From positions 1 to 57,245 of the forward strand of contig DASVVZ010000256.1 of NCBI GenBank assembly GCA_036389875.1: 57,245 bases of DNA. Reading direction: 5' to 3'. The position numbers were made by a program, and so were the translations under genes. The DNA is from Pyrinomonadaceae bacterium (GTDB lineage Bacteria; Acidobacteriota; Blastocatellia; Pyrinomonadales; Pyrinomonadaceae). The notes under the pieces were generated by a model. It was not told where the DNA came from and made no database searches. It saw only the letters and a list, made by a program, of their open reading frames with translations. Below are positions 8,346 through 16,251 of this stretch, one piece after another (the first letter of the stretch is position 1; each line of letters begins with the position of its first letter).

Positions 8346-9319
8346 TATTTCTCTCCTAATCTTTCATGCCTGCAGCGCTTAATTCCCTTCTCAGGCCCCT
8401 CCGGGTAATACCAGGTAGACCCGCCGCAGTCGGGGCAAGCCTTGATCTGTTCTTCAGTCAGGGCCTGTGCGGCAGGCGTCTGGGGAGTTGCAGTTTGCTC
8501 GCTGGCGAGCTGGGCCTTGTCCTTTTTCCAGAGACGCCGCCGCAGGTGCTCGGCCAAGAAAGCAGGAAGGCTAGAGACGGTCGTGCGTGCTGCGGCTATC
8601 TTCGCTTCCATTACCAGGACTTCGGCCAGCTCCCTCCACCGCTCGTTCTCGGATGGAGACGGGTCCCTGCCTGTGATCTCCTTTGCGGCCTGTTTCAATA
8701 TTTCGTTCAGACCGGCCAGCGCAGCGTCATCATCAATTCTTTTGTCTTTAATACTTGTATTTAATTGTCTGGTAGAATTTGACTCAAGTACTCCACTACT
8801 TTCGACCCGAGTACTAGAGTGGTCTGGTACTCTAGTACTAGACCTATCGAGAATAATATATTCATCCCCAAGAGGGTCGTTGTTCCTGCTTATCTTCTTA
8901 ATAATACCTTTTGATATAAGACCGAAAAGGGCAATGCGAACAGTCTTCGCCGAACTATAGCCGGTTCGCTCTTTTAATTTGGAGACTCGGATCTGCCTGC
9001 GATCTGTGTTGAAGCCAACCGTGAGGCGCAGGAGATGGTCCAGTACTTTGCTTTCCGCAGGCGTTAAGGTTCTATCCAGACTGTCTACAGTCTCGTTGGG
9101 CTTCCTGTAAAAGTTCGACTGTGGTACTAGACCGCTCTGGTACTCTGGTACTAGAGTAGTAGAGAAAGGCTTTTCCTCAATAATTGGCGGCGTTTCAAGA
9201 TTATCGCTCTGGGACTCTAGTACTAGAGTACTAGAGTCTTTTTTCTGCTCCTGTTCCTGTTTCTTACGCTCGCTTATATCGTAGAGTGCGGCGTATCCCC
9301 GCTTATTGGATTGACTCAT
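8345..9319 (-). CDS. Replication-initiator-like winged-helix protein with C-terminal zinc ribbon (paralogue of 53693-54628)
   Basis: wHTH-like segment TGYSSAKTVRIALFGLISKGIIKKISR. C-terminal CPDCGGSTWYYPEGPEKGIKRCRHE. Iteron-like DNA repeats lie inside the gene. Confidence 0.5.
   Translation of the reverse strand: MSQSNKRGYAALYDISERKKQEQEQKKDSSTLVLESQSDNLETPPIIEEKPFSTTLVPEYQSGLVPQSNFYRKPNETVDSLDRTLTPAESKVLDHLLRLTVGFNTDRRQIRVSKLKERTGYSSAKTVRIALFGLISKGIIKKISRNNDPLGDEYIILDRSSTRVPDHSSTRVESSGVLESNSTRQLNTSIKDKRIDDDAALAGLNEILKQAAKEITGRDPSPSENERWRELAEVLVMEAKIAAARTTVSSLPAFLAEHLRRRLWKKDKAQLASEQTATPQTPAAQALTEEQIKACPDCGGSTWYYPEGPEKGIKRCRHERLGEK
8783..8844. repeat. Iteron-like cluster A (GTACT-containing units) inside the rep-like gene
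   Basis: GTACT cores at 8788, 8811, 8827 and 8835 (for example GAGTACTAGAGTGG, GGTACTCTAGTACTAGACC). An AT-rich stretch follows (GAGAATAATATATTC). Confidence 0.5.
9121..9238. repeat. Iteron-like cluster B (GGTACTAGA / AGTACTAGAG units) inside the rep-like gene
   Basis: Units start near 9123, 9139, 9147, 9219 and 9227. The last two form a tandem TACTAGAGTACTAGAG. Confidence 0.5.
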
Positions 9320-10118
9320 TCACCACCTCTGCTGTGATTAAATCTTCCTCCATCATCCCGCCGATAGTGATAGCGTTCATGCAGACTTTAACCACCTCGC
9401 GGGGGACGCCTTTTGAAAGCTCATAAATTAAATTCAGCGCATCTGGCGCGAAAAGAGGAGCATGGCGTCCTACGACAGAAAGTCGAAAGGCAATCATATC
9501 GGCAGTCTCTTCAGGAGTCAGAGGATCAAGAGTAGCCACGGCTGCGGCGCGTGAAACCAGGGCCCGCTTGAGTTTCAGCTTGTTTCGCAGGTTATTCTGT
9601 CCGGCGAGTATAATTTGAACCAACTTCCGGTCGTCACTTTCAAAGTTGGTAATCTGCCGTATCAGCTCAAACTGCTCGCCCCGCATCATTTGCGCCTCAT
9701 CAATAAGAATGAGCACGTTCCGATCGGCGGCAAACCTATCCACAAGATGGCCCTCCAGCTCCTGCATCTGGTCAAGTTTCGACGGACGACGAGGAAGCCC
9801 GAATTCATCCGTTAGCCGCTTTAATAGTTGGAGGGCAGTGGGGTAGTCGGGGTTGGTGACAAGCAGCGTCTCGTACGCTTCCTGGTCTTTATAAAGGCCG
9901 TAGAGGCGGCGAATAAGAGAGCTTTTCCCATGACCGACGTCGCCATACAGGACAGCAAATCCCTGCCGGCGCTCCATGACGTAGCGAAGTTTTGCCAGAG
10001 CAGCTTTATGCTGATTGGTGAGATATAAAAATCTGGGGTCTGGTGAAAGGGAAAAGGGGTCTTCTGCTAAACCATAACGACCTAACACCTCGTCGGCAAT
10101 GGTCATTGCTTTGGCCAT
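9303..10118 (-). CDS. AAA+ ATPase, ExeA/GspA-TniB-like (AAA_22 type)
   Basis: Walker A YGDVGHGKSSL, Walker B VLILIDEAQ, then ILAGQNNL. N-terminal EDPFSLSPDPRFLY is typical of ExeA-like proteins. Overlaps the rep-like gene by 17 nt. Confidence 0.8.
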   Translation of the reverse strand: MAKAMTIADEVLGRYGLAEDPFSLSPDPRFLYLTNQHKAALAKLRYVMERRQGFAVLYGDVGHGKSSLIRRLYGLYKDQEAYETLLVTNPDYPTALQLLKRLTDEFGLPRRPSKLDQMQELEGHLVDRFAADRNVLILIDEAQMMRGEQFELIRQITNFESDDRKLVQIILAGQNNLRNKLKLKRALVSRAAAVATLDPLTPEETADMIAFRLSVVGRHAPLFAPDALNLIYELSKGVPREVVKVCMNAITIGGMMEEDLITAEVVNESIQ

Positions 10119-10244
10119 TCAGCTCCTCCTATCAAGCCTATATACCACAAGCAAGTGGAATAGCAAAACAAAATAAGGACTATAGTGCTGAAATGAGCAT
10201 AATCCGGGCTTAGCTAGGAGGGTATGAAGGGAAGAGAAGTGGGT

Positions 10245-10264
10245 GACTCAAAATATTTTGAGTT
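10245..10264. promoter_or_regulatory. 20-bp palindrome family copy (GACTCAAAATATTTTGAGTT)
   Basis: One mismatch to the consensus. Lies in the divergent intergenic region between the AAA ATPase gene (start 10118) and the plus-strand Zn-ribbon ORF (10325). Confidence 0.6.
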
Positions 10265-10324
10265 GAGACTAGCACGTCAATGAAATCTGGAAAGTAAAAG
10301 TGTCGGTGTGCTATTTTCTCGCGC

Positions 10325-10486
10325 ATGGCTCTAGTTTCATGCCCTGACTGTCAGCGCAAGATTTCGAGTACAGCGTGGTTTTGTCCTCGTTGCGGCTGGA
10401 TTAACCTTCTCCCTCTAACTGTTTTCTTTATCGCCGGGTTAGCATTATTTTTTATCGGATTGAAAATCTACAACACCTATTTATAA
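10325..10486 (+). CDS. Small zinc-ribbon plus transmembrane protein (53 aa; below the ORF-track cutoff)
   Basis: Hand translation MALVSCPDCQRKISSTAWFCPRCGWINLLPLTVFFIAGLALFFIGLKIYNTYL: a CxxC..CxxC pair followed by a hydrophobic helix. Confidence 0.45.
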   Translation: MALVSCPDCQRKISSTAWFCPRCGWINLLPLTVFFIAGLALFFIGLKIYNTYL

Positions 10487-10507
10487 CATTCTTGCCATTA
10501 CATGCTT

Positions 10508-10690
10508 TTATTGCTGGCTACTTAATTCCGCAAACAGCCATACAATTAAGACCAGGGCCATCAGAGCCCGAATCAAGCGCCACATTGTCATACGACTTAT
10601 TAATATACTTGTTGCCCGGCCACAATTAGGGCAAGTTTTTGCTTGTTCTGATATTTCTTTTCCACAATCCAGACAGGGATAAAGAGCCAT
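10508..10690 (-). CDS. Small zinc-ribbon plus transmembrane protein
   Basis: CLDCGKEISEQAKTCPNCG followed by LIRALMALVLIVWLFAEL. Convergent with the paralogous 10325-10486. Confidence 0.55.
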   Translation of the reverse strand: MALYPCLDCGKEISEQAKTCPNCGRATSILISRMTMWRLIRALMALVLIVWLFAELSSQQ

Positions 10691-10691
10691 T

Positions 10692-11441
10692 TTACTTTTT
10701 AGGTTTTAGTTTCGCAGCCTCATTAGGTTTGAGTATGGCGCGTGCCACAATCAGCGGGACAGCAACATCCCATTGTGCAACTGATTTATACTGATAAAGA
10801 TGCTTTGCCAGATAACCCACTACTACTATACGATCTCCTTTAACAAAGGGCGTCTGAGAGACAACACTCACCATCACATAATCCCGTCCCCAATTCATTA
10901 GAACATCGGTAAAGAATTTGCCATCATCAGCAGGGTACTCAAAAATTTGGTAGATCCTTCCTGTAATTACAATAGGTTTTCCGTAGAAGGGAATTGGGTT
11001 TTTCATGACCTGATTGTAAGTGATGCTCTTATCAGCCTCTTGCATATTTCTAGCTATTGCTTCCGCGCTCTGATCTCCATCATCTCTCATCCGGTAGTAT
11101 AAATCACGGCAGCCATCTTCTGCCTTAAACCCATACTCTGCTTTTTCTAGTCGCCCTACTCCTTCCTCCGTTGAGCCTATTTCTGCATTGAGACCTTGAG
11201 TATTGTTAGTGGAATTAGGTTGCGCGCCTTTTGATGAAGCGCCTGCTGTTTGGTCAGTTGTTGGATTTAACCCTGATTTTCCATAAGCAAGAAAATATAT
11301 GACCGCGAGGGCCCCTACAACCAATACAAATATGAGCAACAGAAATAATGTCCAACTTCGTCGAGTGGCCTGTTCCTCATTATTTATTCGCGCCTTCTCT
11401 TCTTCGTAAATTCTGCGACGTTCTTCCGGGGTGAGATTCAT
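10692..11441 (-). CDS. Membrane-anchored protein of unknown function
   Basis: Start moved to the ATG at 11441 (AAGGA upstream). Charged N-terminus, TM helix WTLFLLLIFVLVVGALAVIYFLAY, Ser/Thr/Asn linker, beta-rich C-terminal domain. Confidence 0.6.
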   Translation of the reverse strand: MNLTPEERRRIYEEEKARINNEEQATRRSWTLFLLLIFVLVVGALAVIYFLAYGKSGLNPTTDQTAGASSKGAQPNSTNNTQGLNAEIGSTEEGVGRLEKAEYGFKAEDGCRDLYYRMRDDGDQSAEAIARNMQEADKSITYNQVMKNPIPFYGKPIVITGRIYQIFEYPADDGKFFTDVLMNWGRDYVMVSVVSQTPFVKGDRIVVVGYLAKHLYQYKSVAQWDVAVPLIVARAILKPNEAAKLKPKK

Positions 11442-11571
11442 GGGGCAAATCCTTTGAGATAATAAGGTCAAGCGAAACTGGCTGATGCTAACACAAGAAT
11501 GTCTCCTTGTGTGACAAGGCACGCAGTGAGCGACCTGTAACCCATGCTCTAACAAACGCCTCCAGCAACCC

Positions 11572-11614
11572 AAAGCCCGGATTCCTGCTTCGTGACGGCA
11601 GGAATCCGGGCTTT
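11572..11614. terminator. Bidirectional intrinsic terminator-like hairpin
   Basis: AAAGCCCGGATTCCTGC, 9-nt loop, GCAGGAATCCGGGCTTT: a 17-bp stem with an A-tract on one side and a T-tract on the other. Lies just downstream of 11641-12114. Confidence 0.7.
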
Positions 11615-11640
11615 TCTCGTTTACACTGTGAAAGCTGCTT

Positions 11641-12114
11641 TTAACCTTCTACGATAAGCCACGAGAGCGCGTACATATCGTGGGCGCTCAGCCTGACCAT
11701 ATTCTGGCCGCAGGTAGGGCAGGGATTGTGAAGCTCCTTGAGTCGCACCGGCGCGACATCTATCTTCACCTGCATGCTCTTCAGCTTCTCAATCTCCCGG
11801 TCGAACTCCTCCTGATTATCCCCGAACTCAAAAAGGTTGGATTTCTCATTAAGAGTTCCCAGCCTCTGGCAGAGTTTTATGCGGGTCGAGTGATAATGAG
11901 ATAACTTCTCTTCAACCTGCCCGATCGATTGGCTGAGCCGGTAAGAGAGGAACGGGTCGACAGGCTGGGCGTTGAGCCTGTGCAGCGCTCCGGGCCGCCC
12001 CGGCTGGCCAACGGAATCGAGCAACTCCCCGAGCCTGGGCATGACATACGACGCGTCGTTGCTCTTTGAAGCTCGCGCCGCCTTTCTCATGGCCGTACGT
12101 GTTGCGTTACTCAT
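11641..12114 (-). CDS. Hypothetical protein
   Basis: 157-aa ORF overlapping the upstream stop by 4 nt. Single CPTCGQ motif near the C-terminus. Confidence 0.5.
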   Translation of the reverse strand: MSNATRTAMRKAARASKSNDASYVMPRLGELLDSVGQPGRPGALHRLNAQPVDPFLSYRLSQSIGQVEEKLSHYHSTRIKLCQRLGTLNEKSNLFEFGDNQEEFDREIEKLKSMQVKIDVAPVRLKELHNPCPTCGQNMVRLSAHDMYALSWLIVEG

Positions 12115-12494
12115 TGTGCGTCAGCGGCTCCTTCAAAGAATGACCTGCGCGTGTCCGGTTGATCTTCGGCAGGTGGCTCGCCCACGTCTTTCTTCAGCAG
12201 TGCTTCGCTCCACATCCCGTTGAGCAGCATGCCCACCAGGTCAGGGTGTCGAGCTATCAACGCGTCGAACTCTTCGCCCTCGAAGGTGTAAGGCTTGGAA
12301 GCTCCGGCGATGGGCCATTTCTCCGCATCGTACGCGTCAGTGTCGTGATGCGCGACAGTTACAAACTGCAATCGTCTGCCGGAAATGTTCAGTTGTAATT
12401 CGTCTATGTACCAGAATGACTCTTCATGTGCCACGCCGTCGGCAGACTCGAAAGCCATTATCTTGCCGAGCCGCCTTCTGTAATCCAGTGCCAT
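12111..12494 (-). CDS. Hypothetical protein immediately downstream of the tail fibre (possible fibre-assembly factor, by position only)
   Basis: 127-aa acidic ORF 25 nt after the fibre gene's stop. Confidence 0.4.
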   Translation of the reverse strand: MALDYRRRLGKIMAFESADGVAHEESFWYIDELQLNISGRRLQFVTVAHHDTDAYDAEKWPIAGASKPYTFEGEEFDALIARHPDLVGMLLNGMWSEALLKKDVGEPPAEDQPDTRRSFFEGAADAQ

Positions 12495-12518
12495 ATTCTT
12501 CTCCTTTATCCAATGTTA

Positions 12519-14300
12519 CTAATTGGGAATCCTGAGCAACCTGAAGCCAACCCCGCCAGAGTCGGCCGCGCCACGGGACACGCGAACCAGCGCCCCCGCA
12601 GACACATCGTAAACAAGAAACCGAGTGTCACCGGCAGTCGCTGAAGCGTCGAACCTTCCGGCCTCCGCATTGGCGGCATAAAGCCTGATGCTGGAGCTGG
12701 CGGCTTGAGCATTGAAGACGAAAGCCGCGGCCGTGTTGTCCCAGTAATAAACAGCCTTCGTGACGTTATTATTTCTAATGTAGACCTGCGTGTACTGCTC
12801 GCCGGCGTTGTCCAGCACCAGTTGATTGCCGTTGCCGCCGCTGATGAGTGCTTTGAAGGTGCTTGCGGAAGCCGCGCCCACAGCCAGAGTCGTGAGGTTA
12901 ATCGCGTTGCGAGAGCTATCTATGACGTTCGTTGTGCCCAGCTTCAACGCGCCGTTCTGTATGTTCACGTCGCCGTCAAAATATCCGGCGTAAGCAGTGC
13001 CGGGCCCAGCACCTGTGACGGCAGCATAGATGCCGTAGCGAGTATTGGACGAAGCCGAGCTGTTATCCGCGATGAAATAGCCTCCGTAAATATTTCCTCC
13101 GGTGTTATTCGTCGCCATGCTCGCGCGACCGTAAACGCCAGTCAGCGTCTTGGCCCCTATAATGTTCGCGCTGCCTATAGCTTCGAAGTAGCCTCCGTAG
13201 GCTTTGGCGTCGTAGTGGCTCACTTCGCCGTAGCCTCTCACGCCCATCACGGAGCTGGTGAGGTTTCCGCCCCCGTTGTAGCCGTGGCCGTACACTCCAG
13301 CGCTGGTGACTCCGTTGAAGCCGCTCCCGATAATGCCGCTCACGCCGTAGCGTGTCTGTCCGTCTGCTGTGCTGGCGTTCTCGCCATGAATCGCCGAGTT
13401 GACTACAGGCACGCCGCCCGCAGCCTCACGAACCACCGAAAGAGCGCCGGTCATGGCATCCCCGGTGACGTTCACATAACGCGCGTCGTTGTGCGCGTCC
13501 ATCGCAGCAACGTCAAGGTCAAGAGTGAGCAGGTTTCCAGGGTCGTTGTAGTTCTTCGTGAAATAAACGCTATCCACAAACAGCCCGTTGACGCGGTCGT
13601 CTATGTACTCATGAAGATTTGCATCTCCGATGAACTGGTTGATGTCGTCTATCTGAGCCCATGCGTCGTAGAGCGAGCGGGCCAGTGGCCGCACGTCCGT
13701 TATCTTGTCGGCCGTCAATGCGACCGCCCCGGCCTCGACTCTCACTCGATACAGCGGCACCTCGTTCGGACCGGCGGCAGGAGGAACCGGATCAGCATTT
13801 GCCACACCGGCCCGGACCGCAATCGTGACCGTGTTGCGCCGCTCGGTCGCCACATTGAAAGGAACAGGATCACCCGGCTCTACGCCTGACTCCACCTCCA
13901 GCTCTGTGAGGAGCTTCCTGTGCGGGAGCAGCACGGGTTCAGCCTCCTGATCCTTCGCCAGGACGGCTACAATCAAATCTATGCGCGGCAGAGCGACGTT
14001 GGCCGCGCCTATCTGCGCTATAACATCGTCTTCGCCCGGGTACTGGTCGTAACCGTAGCCGTCTTCATCCACGGCGTGTCCCGGAGCTATTGAGACCTGG
14101 AGGAGGCCGGGAAGGTCATACTCGAATCCGGCAACAACCGGGTCCGCTGCGCCCTGCATCAGCAGATCGCGCGTGATGCCCTGTATATGGGCGTGTGAGT
14201 ACTCCTGCGACTTCATCAAATCAGAAGACTTGAAGACGCGGCCGTACTCTCTGCCGTCTATCGGATTGTCGTAAACCTGTACGAGAACTTCTCTGCTCAT
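12519..14300 (-). CDS. Tail fibre protein
   Basis: 593 aa following the gpI-like gene. Gly/Ala/Asn-rich C-terminal half with recurring G-Y-F motifs (AYGGYFEA, IYGGYFIAD, AYAGYFDGD). Confidence 0.65.
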   Translation of the reverse strand: MSREVLVQVYDNPIDGREYGRVFKSSDLMKSQEYSHAHIQGITRDLLMQGAADPVVAGFEYDLPGLLQVSIAPGHAVDEDGYGYDQYPGEDDVIAQIGAANVALPRIDLIVAVLAKDQEAEPVLLPHRKLLTELEVESGVEPGDPVPFNVATERRNTVTIAVRAGVANADPVPPAAGPNEVPLYRVRVEAGAVALTADKITDVRPLARSLYDAWAQIDDINQFIGDANLHEYIDDRVNGLFVDSVYFTKNYNDPGNLLTLDLDVAAMDAHNDARYVNVTGDAMTGALSVVREAAGGVPVVNSAIHGENASTADGQTRYGVSGIIGSGFNGVTSAGVYGHGYNGGGNLTSSVMGVRGYGEVSHYDAKAYGGYFEAIGSANIIGAKTLTGVYGRASMATNNTGGNIYGGYFIADNSSASSNTRYGIYAAVTGAGPGTAYAGYFDGDVNIQNGALKLGTTNVIDSSRNAINLTTLAVGAASASTFKALISGGNGNQLVLDNAGEQYTQVYIRNNNVTKAVYYWDNTAAAFVFNAQAASSSIRLYAANAEAGRFDASATAGDTRFLVYDVSAGALVRVSRGAADSGGVGFRLLRIPN

Positions 14301-14314
14301 ATTTTATCCACCTC

Positions 14315-14932
14315 TCAAGCGGCAAGTTTGTCTTCCACGATGATGTGCTGTCCTAAAGGCTGCTGAAATCTTAAGAGCTCGTCTATGTCGAGCCTTGTAA
14401 TCTGAAGCTGGGGGTCTATCGCTATGTCCTGATCTAGCGTGAAGTCTTCAAAGTAGGAAAGGTTCTCAGGCACGCCTTCTACGCGAGGGAATATCTGCAC
14501 GAAGATGTAGAGGGGGCCGTCGACCGTCCACTCCTCCTGGTCGAGCGTCACATCCTCATAGAATTGCGGCCTGTTGATGACGCGAGCCTTGACGCCGAAC
14601 TCTGCCAGAAACTCACGGAGGCCGCGCGCCGTTCCGCGCCTCGCGTAGTGAGTAGCCACGTTGCGGTAGAAGCTCCGCTTGCGCTCTAGGGTGAACCAGG
14701 CGGGGAACCAGCCCCAGCCGAAGAAGGAGAAGAGGAAGTAGTCTAAGAATTCCTCCGTGGCCGTGTCGGGATTTATATTCCTGTGGAACTCCGAAAAGAC
14801 GCGGTCGTATTCGTCCAGCTCCTGGCAGAAGGGGCTCATGAAACGCTTGAGAAAAAGGAATTCATCTGCCGCGAGGAAGTGCTCGGGCAGGTTCGAGTAG
14901 AAGAATTCAAGATTGTTGATAAAGGCGCTCAT
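14315..14932 (-). CDS. Baseplate/tail protein I-like (P2 gpI family)
   Basis: INPDTATEEFLDYFLFSFFGWGW..WFTLERKRSFYRNVATHYARRGTARGLREFL matches the gpI pattern (dp..a...fL.wLa...g..w....kR........rGT..gl). Confidence 0.7.
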   Translation of the reverse strand: MSAFINNLEFFYSNLPEHFLAADEFLFLKRFMSPFCQELDEYDRVFSEFHRNINPDTATEEFLDYFLFSFFGWGWFPAWFTLERKRSFYRNVATHYARRGTARGLREFLAEFGVKARVINRPQFYEDVTLDQEEWTVDGPLYIFVQIFPRVEGVPENLSYFEDFTLDQDIAIDPQLQITRLDIDELLRFQQPLGQHIIVEDKLAA

Positions 14933-14949
14933 TTACGCTATTAGCCGGT

Positions 14950-15192
14950 CTATACCTGTAAGTGTCCTGTATTTAGCCAGTGCTGTAGATGTGAAACCAT
15001 CTCGGTCACTTCCTCGCGGTTCAATCGATGTTTCTCTCCAATCCACAGGTAGCTACTACCCGGACGGTTATCAGAATCTTCGTAAGGCCCTATATGCGAG
15101 CATTCTTGAATTAATAATTCCTGTACCGAGGGGTTTACATAGCTTTCATGAGTGACTTTTACAAAGCCTCGTTCTGTCCGTTCAGCGTTCAT
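14950..15192 (-). CDS. Hypothetical protein
   Basis: Start moved to the ATG at 15192 (GGAGAA Shine-Dalgarno). No motif recognised. Confidence 0.4.
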   Translation of the reverse strand: MNAERTERGFVKVTHESYVNPSVQELLIQECSHIGPYEDSDNRPGSSYLWIGEKHRLNREEVTEMVSHLQHWLNTGHLQV

Positions 15193-15352
15193 CTCTAATT
15201 CTCCTCTAAACAACATTCAGGGTGACGGTCACATCCCACTTCAGGGTCTATAAGTTCCAGCGCAGGCCCGACTATCAGCGGCGGCAATCTTATGAGCCGT
15301 TAGTAATCCCCTTCGCTCCCATTCTCGCTTAGTCATGTGTTAAACTCTCTTA

Positions 15353-15553
15353 ATGTCTCGTTGCTCCCATTGCCGTACTAAAATCGGCACCTTAACCGCC
15401 ATCTGTCCCATGTGCAGAAACAGGCGGCCACTGTTTTATACCTGTATTGCTATGGGTATCATCCTCGCCTTTCTGGTCACGCTGTACTGGAGCGGCTCTC
15501 TGGGTGATTTCGTCCCCGTAAAGAAGACTAAAACATGGATAAAGCATAAGTAA
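15353..15553 (+). CDS. Small zinc-ribbon plus transmembrane protein
   Basis: CSHCRTKIGTLTAICPMCRN followed by FYTCIAMGIILAFLVTLYW. Its stop overlaps the methyltransferase start (TAATG). Confidence 0.55.
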   Translation: MSRCSHCRTKIGTLTAICPMCRNRRPLFYTCIAMGIILAFLVTLYWSGSLGDFVPVKKTKTWIKHK

Positions 15554-16251
15554 TGAGCACGGTAAGCAAACAGCTTGTTGATAATTACGCTGGCTACTAT
15601 CACGGCGAGAGCCGGTGGCGTGCTATTGGTGCCAGAGATAAAGCCGCGAATATAATTAAACTTTGCTCCGGCATTCCTCATGAAACTATTCTCGACATAG
15701 GTGCCGGGGAGGGTGCCGTTCTTTCCGAGCTTAGAGACTTTGGTAAAGAACTCCACGCGATTGAGCTTTCCCCTTCGGGCGCCGAAGCAATTCAACAGAG
15801 AAATATCCCGGGACTTAAAAGCGTTCAGGTGTTTGACGGCTACAAGATACCTTTCCCTGACAAATCGTTTAACCTTGCCTATCTTTCTCACGTCATTGAG
15901 CACGTTGAGCACCCGAGGGCGCTTCTTTACGAAGCAAAGAGAGTCGCGGAGTATGTTTTCGTTGAAGTGCCTCTTGAAGATACCCTGACGAGAAGAAAAG
16001 ACTACGTCGCTACTTCTGTCGGGCATATCAATAGATACAGCCCTAACTCTATCCGCTGGCTGCTTCAGTCCTGTGATTTGAGAGTCGTTAAACAAATCGT
16101 TACAAATCCTTCGTGGGGTGCTTATAAGTTCAAAACAGGAATGAAAGCCCTCCCTCGTTATGCTATGAAGGAAGGGCTTCTTCGCCTTCTCCCTTCTATT
16201 GCCACTCGTATATGGAGTTACCATTCAGCGCTCCTCACTGCCACACGTTAG
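15553..16251 (+). CDS. Class I SAM-dependent methyltransferase (Methyltransf_11-like)
   Basis: Motif I ILDIGAGEGAVLSEL. Post-motif FPDKSFNLAYLSHVIEHVEHPRALLYEAKRV. Confidence 0.85.
   Translation: MSTVSKQLVDNYAGYYHGESRWRAIGARDKAANIIKLCSGIPHETILDIGAGEGAVLSELRDFGKELHAIELSPSGAEAIQQRNIPGLKSVQVFDGYKIPFPDKSFNLAYLSHVIEHVEHPRALLYEAKRVAEYVFVEVPLEDTLTRRKDYVATSVGHINRYSPNSIRWLLQSCDLRVVKQIVTNPSWGAYKFKTGMKALPRYAMKEGLLRLLPSIATRIWSYHSALLTATR

Noticed and set aside
12705-13889. A 394-aa plus-strand ORF antisense to the tail fibre gene.
   Set aside because: It is an Arg/Ala/Val-rich shadow ORF in GC-rich DNA. The minus-strand gene has a sensible operon context and fibre-like repeats. No Shine-Dalgarno is present.
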